From Callorhinchus milii (taxonomy: Eukaryota): 64,000 bases of DNA. The first letter of the stretch is position 1. Every line of letters starts with the position of its first letter. This document shows positions 11,701 to 23,266 of this stretch, piece by piece. The stretch is taken from assembly GCF_018977255.1 (NCBI RefSeq), contig NW_024704743.1, forward strand, positions 76,572,001 to 76,636,000, read 5' to 3'. The notes below the pieces were generated by a model that searched no databases, was not told the DNA's origin, and saw nothing but the letters and a program-made list of their open reading frames with translations. Both the position numbers and the translations under genes were made by a program.

Positions 11701-12945
11701 AAAGAACATACATTTTTATATTGTCTTGTCATTGTGAAAATATCTTGAAGCTCTCTATACAAATAATAACTGTCAAGCGTGACTTTTTGTAGGCAGCTGT
11801 TTCAATCATTGTTTGGCAGCAGTGTCCCACACAAATCCATGATGGTGAATGAGAAATTAATTAGGATGATTGTTGGGCACAGCACTGGAATTTCTGAGTA
11901 GCTGAAGACCAAAATTACTAACCAACATAACTTAACCAATGGAGGTATGAGAGCAGTTGTATGACTTCCACTGCTTCAGTTGTCTGTAGAGGACTCTTTA
12001 CTTTGTCATCAAGGAATAGCATTGTCATGATGTAAGGCTTTATAAGAATCCAACTGTAATTAGCTGACACATACGTCCTTTTTGTAGCTGGCTAAGCAAG
12101 GGTAATGTTAGTTTTGGGCATGGGGTGGGGGGAGAGAGGTGGGAGGAAATGAAGGGAAGAGGAATTCACAATGTGTTTCAACTGGGTTTGAGTACATTTA
12201 GTCATTACTTTTAGGTTGAAATGCTTGCAGGTTTTCTTAATCTTTTAGTTTATCTTACCATTAGCATTAATAAACATTATAATTCTTCAACAAGTAATGG
12301 CTAATCTTTTCATTATTAATCCTGAACCTTAGTTTCAAAAAGTGATCTGAATCCTTAGCATTGTTGTGCTACAGCTTTCTCTGCTGTGTTGACACTTGTG
12401 GCTTGGTTGAGTATTGGAATGATTAACACATTGAATACAACAATTAAATAAACTGGTAGTGTTATAAAGCATCAGCAAGAACTATAAAATAAAACATTGA
12501 AATCATCAAACCAGTGGAGCAAAATAAATAATTCAACTTTATGTAGAGTTTTCTATTGCAGTGCTTAACAGAGGTATCTTACTGGTTCAATACCTCACAA
12601 AAAAGTTCAGAACACATGTCTAACATTTTAACATCAGATTACCAGAAGGGTGTAATTTGTAATGCTTTAGGCTAATACAGAGCAAACATCAATCTCAGTT
12701 ATTAATAACTTATTTTTGACATTCTATTACACAATTAAAAGAAAAACCTGGAATCCCAATAATTTTCTTAAGTAGCCTTAGGCATCCATGTCATTAGTGC
12801 CTTGTGTTTTTCAGTCACTGTGGATAATTGATATTTGAAATCTCCTTAATGGGAATCAGAGCAGTTCACTTGCTTACTGTGCTGATACACCAGGCTAAAT
12901 ATAATAGCTGTTATTTCTTTGGATGTCCTTAGTGCTATACATTGG

Positions 12946-13345
12946 TGTCAGCCTGGCACAGTTGGTAGCATTCTCGCCTCTGAAACAGAAGATTGTTGGT
13001 TCAAGCTTCACGTCAACACTTGAACTCACATAGTCTAGCTTACCACTACATTGCAGTGCTGGGGGTTAAACCAAGGCTCCATTAGCCTGTTCAAGTGGAC
13101 ATTAAAGATTCCACTGCAGTATTAGAAAATGAGAAGGGAATTTCTCCTGGTGTCCTGGCCAATCCTTCAAATAAACTTGGTCATTCATTTTAAGGTTATT
13201 TGTAGAACACTGCAGTGCACAAATTAACTGTTGTGTTTCCTAGAAATACAGTCACTTTTCACTTAACAGGAAAATCCAATGAAGCTCTTTGACATCCTAA
13301 CGATGTGAAAGGCACTATACCAAATGCAAGAATTTATCATTATTA
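12946..13345 (+). mobile_element. DeuSINE-type SINE (family B), near full length
   Basis: tRNA head (cagttggtagca...ggttcaagc), Deu-like core gttaaaccaagg...gtggacattaaagat...ggtgtcctggccaa, tail as in family A. Confidence 0.8.
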
Positions 13346-14424
13346 TTGTTAATTACTGCTGTCAAAATAAATGTGAATTCTACATGTTTTTGTGCACATG
13401 AATTAATGTGCACTCTCTAAGCTTTTACTTAAGAAGGGGCTGGCAAATATGGAATTATATCTAGCAATGGCCAGCTCCTTCAGCACGGGGGGAGAGGGGA
13501 GGAATTATTTGCCTTTGATGAGGGCAAGTTTATATGAGTGAACCACATTTGATGATTACAAAAAGAATTAAGGTGATTAGAAAATATTTCCTTACGCAGA
13601 GGTGGTTAGAATATGGAATTATCTGCAGAGGACATCAATTATTTAGTAAAGAAATTCAATTCTTGAACAGGTGGAATATTAATGGGTACAGCAGGAGAGT
13701 GGGATTAGATTAGTTGATTAATAAAGGAAACACTTCAGGGTAGACTTGATGGTCTATGTGGGCTGTTTCTGTTCTGTCATTCTTAGATTCCTAGAATGTC
13801 AACTCAGAAGTATTAATATTTAGTTGGATCTTGCTGTAATTTATCATTTTGAAAGTGTACAGTTAAAGAAAGTAAATTTCTTTGTTAGTAATTTGCAGAC
13901 CAGATGGTAAATCCAGAGCTTGTAAGCTAGAACATATTAGGTTTTTTTTAAAGAATGACCCATTCTAATCCAATGTGATGTGAGTTGGCACACCAAGCAA
14001 ATATACATTGTGCTCGTGTTGGTGGACGAACATGGAAAGTTTGCTAGTATGATCCATTATCTTCACTTTAAATTATTGTCCGGTTAAACATGCCATTAAA
14101 CCTGCTCGTCTTTCCACCAGATGTCCCACAAATATAATATTCTAGAAACCTACATCTTGTGGGATAATTGTGTGAAAATCTCTCCATGGAGTTAATGCTG
14201 AATGGAAGGAATTTATTACCGACCATTTTAGCAATTGTTCATACGTTGAAATGCTACATACGCTTTAGTTTGACTGTGTTAGATGTTGAAACATCTAAAG
14301 GGTTTAAAGGTGGTATAAATAGTAAGGAAAGATGATGTTTAGATATCTATTAAAGGAGTGAGCAATTAAAATAAAAAAATGACTAACAGATTTCTTTTTC
14401 TTTATGCTTTCTTTTGGAATTTAG

Positions 14425-14439
14425 AGCAAAACCCCGCAG
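14425..14439 (+). CDS. BBS9: BBS9 15-nt microexon, (E)QNPA(G)
   Basis: TGACTAAC branch point (14380-14387), long U-rich tract, TAG|AGCAAAACCCCGCAG|GTACGT; phase 1-1; occupies the position of the human DRNPD segment between SYSRPT and GIPRV. Confidence 0.85.
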
Positions 14440-15099
14440 GTACGTTTTAGCAGTCATTCATACATATTAGCAATCGTTTAGCCCTTTGTATCAAAGCTTT
14501 GTATTTTGTTTCAGAAATGGAGACGGAGAAGTATAGGAGATTTTAAACATTAACACTTTTGGCTTAAATTTATTATATATTTTATATTATTTAAATAAAT
14601 CTCTTGTAGTCTACTCGTTTATTCATTTTTATATGCATGCAACAATTGGGAGTACCTCTTAAAATATATTTGATGTTTGCAAAGATTTATTGTCTGACTG
14701 AATAAAACTCCTTCTGGATTTTGCCTTTCAATATTATTCCTTTTTTTTGTAAATCTCAAAATTTTCAGTCATGGTATTTCTTCTATTTGCATAGTTCGTC
14801 AATTATGCTGATTGTTCAATGAAATATGGAGTGCAGGGATTCATACCTATGGGGAAAAATGGCTTTCTGACCTTCATTGTAATGCTATTTTTTAAAAAAA
14901 GGGGTGGCATCTTGGCCAACAATTCAACTAGATTATCATAGGGTGAGATAGTTGATGAGGCCACATTTTTGTATAATGGTGTTGATTAAAGTGTCTGAAC
15001 AGGAAAATTGCTGCAAAAATTATAAAAATCCCTAAAGAAGTCTCTGGACATAAATTGCAGCGTAGGCAGGAAAATCCTTGTTGATCTCTCTGAAAACAT

Positions 15100-16518
15100 C
15101 ATATTGACCTGTCAACTCCCTCCGCTCAGCAGGCCTGCTCCACGTCCCCCGTCCAGCCTGCCCCACCATTGGCGGTCAGGCCTTCAGCCTCTCTGTCTCA
15201 AACCTTTGGAATTGCATCCCACAGTCCCTTCGCCTCGTTCCCTCCCTTGACTTCTTCAAGGCATAGCTCAAGACCTTTCTCTTCAAGGCACCTTCAACCA
15301 CTCTCCCACCCCTATCCTCCCTGCCATCCACCACTCCTGATACAATACAATATTGAATTATACTTGTATAGCGCCTTTCACGTCTGGAGGACATCCCAAG
15401 GTGTTGGACAGTCAGGGATTTGGCCCCGATTGGTGGGGGTTGGAATCAGGGAGGGTGGAGAACAAGGAGGGTAGGAGGTGGCTGAAGGCGAGGACGAGGA
15501 TTTTGAACTCGATCCTCTTAGAGGATGTGGAGCCGGGTAAGGGTGGGAGTGGTAGGGTCACGGAGCCTGGTGCGGGAGAGGACATGAGCTGCAGAGTTCT
15601 GGATGATCTGCAGCTTGTGGAGGGAATAGTTAGGAAAGCCAAGAAGCAGGGAGTTTGTGTGGTTGAGCTGAGATGTGATGAATGCGTGGGTGAGGGTGTC
15701 GGCAGCCTGAAGGGTGAGGCAGTGACAGAGTCGACGATGTTGCGGAGGTGGGGAAAGGCAGAGCGGGTCATGACACTGATGTGGAGTAGAAAGGACAGTT
15801 GAGGGTCAAATAAGACGCCAAGGTTCTGGACTGGCTCAGTGAGGTGGAGTGTGCGTCCTTGTCAGTGCCTGAGGTGTGGAGGCATTCACGGGAGCCAATC
15901 TGTAGAACCTCGGTCTTGTTGACATTCAACAGTTAGCTCTCATCCAGGACTTGATGTCTGACAGACATTCTGTCAGGACAGCAGTGGTCCTGGATTCGAG
16001 GATGGAGGCAGAGAGATAGAGTTGGGTGTCATCTACATGTCAAAGTTGACCCCATGTCTGCGGATGATGTCACCAAGAGGTAGCATGTACAAGTTGAAGA
16101 GAGGACCAAAGACAGAGCCCCAAGGAAGGCCGCACGAGATGGTGGGGGGACTGGAGGCGAAGCTGTTTGATGAGACAAAGTGGCAACAGTGTGGAAGGTA
16201 GGATCTGAACCATTCAAGGACAGAAGCATGAAGGTTGAGGTTAGAGGAGTGGCGATGAAGGAGGATAGAGTGGTCAACGGATTTAGACTCACTGCTTGGG
16301 TCCAAATCACTGAGTGTCCTGCTCCTTGGGACGTCCTCCTAACGTGAAAAGCGATATCATAGAATTATACAGCACAGAAGAAGGCCATTCAGCCCATTGT
16401 GTCTGTGACGGCTCTTTGAAAAGAGCTATTCAGTTCAATCCCACTCCCCCACTCTCGCCCCATAGCCCTGCAAACGTATCCTCCCCAAATATCTAAATAT
16501 ATACAAATGTAATTTTTT
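15100..16518. mobile_element. Nested cluster: sense L2 3' end interrupted by an antisense L2 (~15340-16290) and a CR1 tail (~16357-16490)
   Basis: Outer pieces 15100-15340, 16291-16355 and 16500-16518 are collinear with the uninterrupted L2 3' end at 27690-28055; the inner L2 has RT motifs (WFRSYL, GSVFGPLFNLYM, DDTQLY). Confidence 0.8.
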
Positions 16519-19399
16519 CCTGCAAAAGACACCTTGAGATGCTTTTTCAGACTCATTATTTATGAGCAACCAGCAGTATTTTCAGATCTCTTTGGGCCAC
16601 ATTGTTGTACAATAATTGTTGCATTTGATATACTGCTTCTAATGTTTAAATATTTCGAAGTGATTCACAGGTTGCGGTCGAATGTGATGACTGTAATTGT
16701 ACAAAAATACAGCACCCATTTTAGGTATAGCAAGGCAAGGTCTCACAAACAGCAATGACCAAGAAGGTGGCCTCATTTCAGCTCTCTGAATGTGCTGTTT
16801 TGAACACCAATAGGCATGCAGGAGTCCTCTGTTGGAGTTTCCTTCCTATTTTCCCTTTAAGAAGCTTTGTGACGCAAATGGCAGCCTGTGTTTCTTTTCC
16901 CCAATTGAAATAGTAATAAGCTCTTAGCTGTTGAATACCTTGTCATGCAACCTCTGCAGAAAACAGAAAATGTAAATTTATAAATGAAATGTAGGAGGTA
17001 GCAATATCTGAGGTTATATCCTTTTTGTCAACTTATGGATCCTTCAGTTTCATTGTCTGACCCTTTTCCAGGTCCAGGTGAAATGTACACTATGCTAATG
17101 CTTTTTCAGATGTGCGGTTGTGATGTGACTATTTGAAAGATTGTTATGTATGCTATCCCACAGGCTGTTTTTTTTGTGTGATTGCCGGGATGTTGAGAGC
17201 ATTGGTTGAATGAAGCAACTTAGTGTAGTAGCGTGCCTAAGCAGACAAAACAGGAAAGGATTAACAAATGTTGGCAACCAGGTTTGTGTTACCGACCTGG
17301 GTTTCCATTTCATTCTGTTTCTGAGAAGAAATGTTTGGAGGGGAGGGGGAAAATATATAATTTCACACATTGTTTGACAGTTTGAGGTATATTTCATTCA
17401 ATGCTTCCTTACACTGATGCAATTTTTATAAAGTTGAAAGATTAATCCGAATTAACAAATAGTTTTCTTACTATTTTTACATAAATTAGGCAGACCGGTT
17501 ACAAAAAATGGTAAGTGGAAGTAAATTTCAATGTACTAAAGCACTCTGTGGAGATTAAAGAGTCGAAAATCAGCCACTTCCAGCATTCAATGTCGAGACT
17601 CATATTTATTGGTCATTTGCGTCAGGTATCAACCACCTGGAAACTCTGGTAAAATTGGAAAGAAGGAGTCAAACCCAAAGAAAACAATTCAATACAGGTT
17701 TCAATGAAATTACTTGTGAATTATGATGTGTAATCTTTAGAATTATGGTTTTGGTTGAATGAGACGCAAAAAGGTAATGGAATTTGTCGACGCAAGTATT
17801 TAGGAAGAAATATTCTTGCATTCACCTACAAATACAAAGTCACTACACTTCACAGTAAAACCCTGTGAAGTGCCTTGAGACGTTTTGATAATATGATAAG
17901 GCGAGGAGCTTAATCAAATTCAAACACTAGTATTATTGGATTATTCGTAAGTAGTCCGTCTGTGGGACCACCACCAAACAGAAAATTGTGCTTTAATGGA
18001 AACGGAGATACTTTCTTCAGAGTACTGTATGATGTATTCTGCATCCTGAGTTTTAATTTCTTTCCAGTTTTTCTTAGTTTTGTCCTCCTAATTATAAGAC
18101 TCAACTCTATAAAGCAGCAAGGGTTACATCATAAGATACCGTAGGGCATGTTCTACGCATGGGTTGACTTTAGACATGTTCACTGTCTTTGGTGAATTGT
18201 CAGGGGAGCCTGAAATAACATTCTTGGCAACTGTTCAAGTATGGAGTGGATAACTGATGCATAGATTTTGAAACATTAAGGGGGACGCCAAACCATGATT
18301 CTTTGGGTGAAGATTTGTTTGGCAGCACCCTTCAGGATATATTCAACTTGTGTGTTCCACATCTAGTTTTTGATATCTATACCTCAACTAAGAGAAGCGA
18401 AGAATTGCACAGGAAAACTGACAGTCATGTTCTTACATTTTGCAAGGTCGTGTTTACCTTTGGTCAGCCACCTAAACAACCACGTGATCACATTCCACCT
18501 GTAATTACTGACTTTGAAAGTTCTTTGGTAAGCCTATAGTTACAGTATAAGTGTCTGCAGATTTTCGCTACTTGATGGCATTTGTTAAATAATGTGTTTA
18601 TGATAGACAGCTGATAACCAAACTCACAATGTTTCCTTATTGTTTAAATTAAATTTGTCTATGTGGTAACTGAATTCCTATTTCTATGCAGAGGTTGAAC
18701 TTCAGTTGAATATTAAAAAAAACAACAGCTGTTTGGGTAATCTTGCTCCATTGATGTACACTTGTACTTGTTTTGAATCTGAGGATGTGCTGAGGCATTG
18801 ACCTTTGAGCAAATGACATTATGTGTTATAGCTAAAATATACATCTTTAGCTCACTTTTAACATCACCATTATTAGTTCTATAATTACTTTGATAATTAT
18901 TCAATTTTGACTCAAGTTTGATGTTTTGGCTTCCCTGCAGCTATGTTTTTCATAAATTACTAAAGACAGTAATGCATTTGATTTTGTTTAAACATCGTAA
19001 ATTAAAAAAAGGTTGTGTGCTTTACATGTTCACTTCAAGTGTTTAAATGCAATGATGATGTATATTTGATATCTTAGAGTTTGAAACCTCATTGGTTCCA
19101 TATGTGGTGAAGGTTAGAAAATTGAAAATATTTAAAAAACTAAAGCAGGCTAGCTAGGAGGATGGGCATAACACATAAAAATAGCAAGTATCAGCAACAA
19201 TGCACGTCTCAAAGTGCTTCACAGAATATACCGTAAAGTGAATTGACTGTATATTTGGGGGCGAAATAATCGGCAACAGTTAGTACGAGGACAAAGACAA
19301 ATAATATTAACCCTTGCATTTTAGAAGACGGGGAGACATCAGAAATTAAGCACAGCAGATTAGCAGAGACGAGGGGGTTGATCAGAGGTGGAGGAACTA

Positions 19400-19770
19400 G
19401 TGACGGCTGGCTCAGTTGGAAGCGCTCTGAGTCAAAAAGGCTGGGGAGATTCAAACCCCACTTTTGGACTTTGAGCTCATAGTCTAGGCTGATACTTCAG
19501 TGGGGTACTAGAGAAGCTCTGCATTATCATAAACACCATCCTCTAGATAAGATGTTCAATTGAGTCTTGTCTCCCTCAATGGTGAATGCTAGATTCCATA
19601 ATACTATCCAAAAAAAGAAGGGAGAATCTCCCTGCCCTCCATATAAAATTAGTCGTTCACTTCATGTTTGTGGAAAATTGCTGTATGCCAATTGGCTGAC
19701 ACATTTGCCTGCAAACTACATAGCCAGTACACTTAACAATAAATCCTGTGAAGTATTTCGAGATATAAAA
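19400..19770 (+). mobile_element. DeuSINE-type SINE (family B)
   Basis: ggctcagttgg...tctgagtcaaaaagg...ttcaaacccca head followed by the Deu-like core. Confidence 0.7.
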
Positions 19771-21880
19771 CATTGGTGTGAGTTTTGGGAACCCTATCAT
19801 AGGAATCTTATACTTGTCTTGGAGAGAGACAAGCAATAATTCACCAGATTAATACTTAGGATGAAGGGTTTAGCTATGATGAGATGCTAGGTAAATTTGG
19901 ATTGCACCAAAGGCCTCAATAGATATTAGCAATCCAGTGACACAGGAAATAAGCAACTTTCATCATCATTAGTGAGATTAGACAGTTTAATTGGCCTTTG
20001 GTCAAACTAGCAGATCAAAGCTGTTTCTGACGTTTGTTCAAAAGTAACTGTACATAAATGTTTAAGTACTCAAAAGAAAATAGGAAGAAATTCATTGATT
20101 TGATTCCAGATACATTTGAGAGGAAGTGAGAAAAAAATCCATTTGACCTAAAGTGGCTACAGAATTGTTGTGCAGTTCGTTAGTATACAAATTTGTTTTG
20201 GACGCATGAGGAAACCATCACTGGGCTTAAGAGTATCAAAACCAGACCGAGAGTTTGGCAATCTTCCCACTGCTTGGCCATCTAGGACCACCCTCCCCAT
20301 TAGGGCTTTGGCCTGCAGGGTTAATAGGAGTTGAGTGGGAAGAATCCCTGCATCTGGTGCCTCCATGTCCTACTGATGAGCCAGACTTGCTGGGTTGTTA
20401 TTGCTGTACTGTATACCCACATGGCTCATGAACTGGAATGCTGACAGTGTCACATAGAGTTGACTTGATTCTTAAATCATTGTCAAGCATTTTACCTTGG
20501 GGCTAGTTCAGCTCCAGGAACATCCAGCTTGCTTCCCACGCCCCTCTCCTGTGTGTGATATCAAAACATCTCTGAGTGCTTTATAGGTAATTCCTGTCAA
20601 ATTGGGTGTCTGTTTTATGAAGGCAGGGCAGCCATTTTGCAAAAAACAAAATACTCACAGTCGGCCATGAGGTGAATAACTAATTTAATTGGAGGATTTT
20701 TGGCCAGGCACAAACATGATGTGCGTGGAAGCAAGTAAGTTTCACATGAAACAAATGGTTGAATTTTGTATAAGTGATTTTGCTTTTCCACATATGCTTG
20801 TTTAGGTTACTTACTATAAATTTTTGGCTATTTGCAATTGTCCTTCAAGCGCAAGTTCGACCTTAGTCCTTTACAGAGTCATTTTTAGAATGTGAATCGT
20901 TTCAAGCAATTAGGATTGACATCATTAAACGTATGGATATGCATAAATGGTGCCTCGCACTGCATGAAGCATCTCAGAAAATAAAGTATATCTTACCTCT
21001 TTCTCTCCGCCCCATACTCCAAGTACATTGTGTCCTCTCTGATCCAACCTTGTCTTATGTCTGAGGTACTCGTTTGTGATTTCCTGATGAACACCATTTA
21101 TATCCTGAGGTACATTTTTCCAACCCGATGTTTAAGATACTTTGTAGCTTTGATACTTGAGCTCCATGGCTCATCACAACTCATCCCATTGCAAAATTAT
21201 TCAACATTGATTTTTATAATATGTCTCTTGACTAGATGATGCAGATTTTTTAAAAAAAAATGTCATTAAACCAAGCAAATATCATCAGCGATATCAGCAT
21301 CTTTATGGATCCCTGGATGAAATCACCATTTTTGAATTTTGAAAAAGATTGAAAAGGTTGTATTGAATCCCATTTTGGTTTCACATCTTTCGTTGTGTGT
21401 CACTGTATATTTTCACCAAGTAGACAAAATTGTAAGAAAGATACTGTAATTTAGAAATCTGCCTGAGAGAGATGCAAAGCTTCAAGACAGATATGAATGA
21501 TTTACACATTTCATTAAGTAGATGTGCTACACATACAATTTCATCTCTGAACTGCTTTGATTCCTTACTGCTATATTAGAAGGAATTTGTGGAATTACTT
21601 CACTGAAACAAATCATGTTGGGCCTCATATCTTAAGGTGACTAATTAAATGTTTATTTTTATGTATTGTAAATATGTTTTAACACATGCAATGAATTATT
21701 GTGTGGGTTAGCTGTTCTTAACTCTTGAGTACTAGGTCTACAGAAACACCGGTCTGTTGTTTCCAGTTCTTGCATTTGGAAGTTGGAAAACAATGTTACA
21801 ACTGACGCTATTTGAAAGAAGAATATAAAACAACTGAAGTTGTATCCAGAAGTTTAAAAGTAATTAATCTTGTGTTTCAG

Positions 21881-22021
21881 GTATTCCTCGAATCGCGCAC
21901 TGTAAATTTAGTTTGCCCCTGAAGTTAGTTTGCCAACAGAGCCAACCATCTAAGAATGCGACTAATAAAATAACAATTGAAACAAACAAACCTCCTGTAA
22001 ATCTTTTGGCACTCTTTCCAG
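21881..22021 (+). CDS. BBS9: BBS9 coding exon (141 nt)
   Basis: tgtgtttcAG acceptor; (G)IPRIAHCKFSLPLKLVCQQSQPSKNATNKITIETNKPPVNLLALFP matches BBS9 GIPRVIQCKFRLPLKLIC...; donor G|GTAAGA. Confidence 0.96.
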
Positions 22022-22462
22022 GTAAGATTTTTTCACAATACGGTACTTCAGCAATTCCAAGAATGCTACATGACGTATTTTAATTTATAACTGGGCAACT
22101 GTCGATTAGTGGAGATACATCAACATATAGTTAGAGCTATATTACTGAACTGGAACATAGATACTTTGTTGTGCATTTCTGCAGCATTCTCAATTTTTAA
22201 TTCAGTACAGCAATTTTTTTTAAAAATCGCTAAACATTGTTATTATCTATTTAATCACAATTTTCAGTTCCTGTAAGATTTGACAAATTTACTAAATAAG
22301 TTATTGCATGAATTACTAGCATAAAATGTTTACAAGATCTTTGAGAAATATTTTTATTTCTAAGCTAATGTTATATAAAAAACTAGTTTACAACAGGCAT
22401 AGGTTGAGCAGTAATTAGATGTATTTGAATATTTTCTGACTGTGTGATGCTCATTTATTAGG

Positions 22463-22710
22463 TAATAATCCTTGCATTTGATACAGCGCTTTTCACGTAT
22501 TTGAAAGTCTCAAAGCGCTTCACAGAATAAATTGTAAAGTGAATTGACTGTATATTTGTGGGTAAACTGCGGTAGCCAATTGCGCACAGCAGTGTCCCAC
22601 AAACAATTGTGGATTGAGTGACCAAATTATTATTTAATTATTTTTTCTTTTGAGGGATTATTATCAGGCGTGTGCAGTAAAGAAATTTGCTCAAGGTTTC
22701 GCCCTGCCTA
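22463..22710 (-). mobile_element. tRNA-derived SINE family A, 5'-truncated
   Basis: Collinear with 60425-60680. Confidence 0.85.
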
Positions 22711-23170
22711 GATAGTTTGTAACAGGCAAAAAAGATCACTATTAACTTGGTTTTTACAAGCAATACTAATACAATGCCCTGCTCGCTGCCCTTCCAGTCC
22801 CCCACTTGCCTGCATCCTCTGCTCCACCCTCCACAAGTTCCAGACCATCCAGTACTTTATATCACCTCTGCACCAGGCTCTACAAAAGTGCTCAACTTTA
22901 ATGCCTTTGTGACCTTGCCCCATCTTACCTCAGCAATCTACTGTGACCCTAATCTCCAACTACTCCCACCTCTGCCAAATCTGGCCTGCTTCATGCCTTC
23001 CCCCACCATTAACTTTGCTTCTACCCCTCCATATCCTTCCCAGCTCGTGCTCCCGCTCAGTCTTTGAAAAGCTCATTGAGATGTTCTCCCTATGCAAAAA
23101 GTCTCAAATAAGTGAAAATTGTTATTCCTGTGTGTTTGCTTTTGTTTTGATTTTTTAAAAATGCTTTTAG

Positions 23171-23266
23171 ATTTCCTTGGACAATCAGATGATGACCAGA
23201 TCAATGTTTTGGGATTAAAATTATTCTCGGGTGCAACAACTACAGTTCTAGCTTCCAAAACATCAC
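23171..23266 (+). CDS. BBS9: BBS9 coding exon (96 nt)
   Basis: gcttttAG acceptor; (D)FLGQSDDDQINVLGLKLFSGATTTVLASKTS matches BBS9 QSDDDQVNVMG...TVLASKTS; donor C|GTGAGT. Confidence 0.96.
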
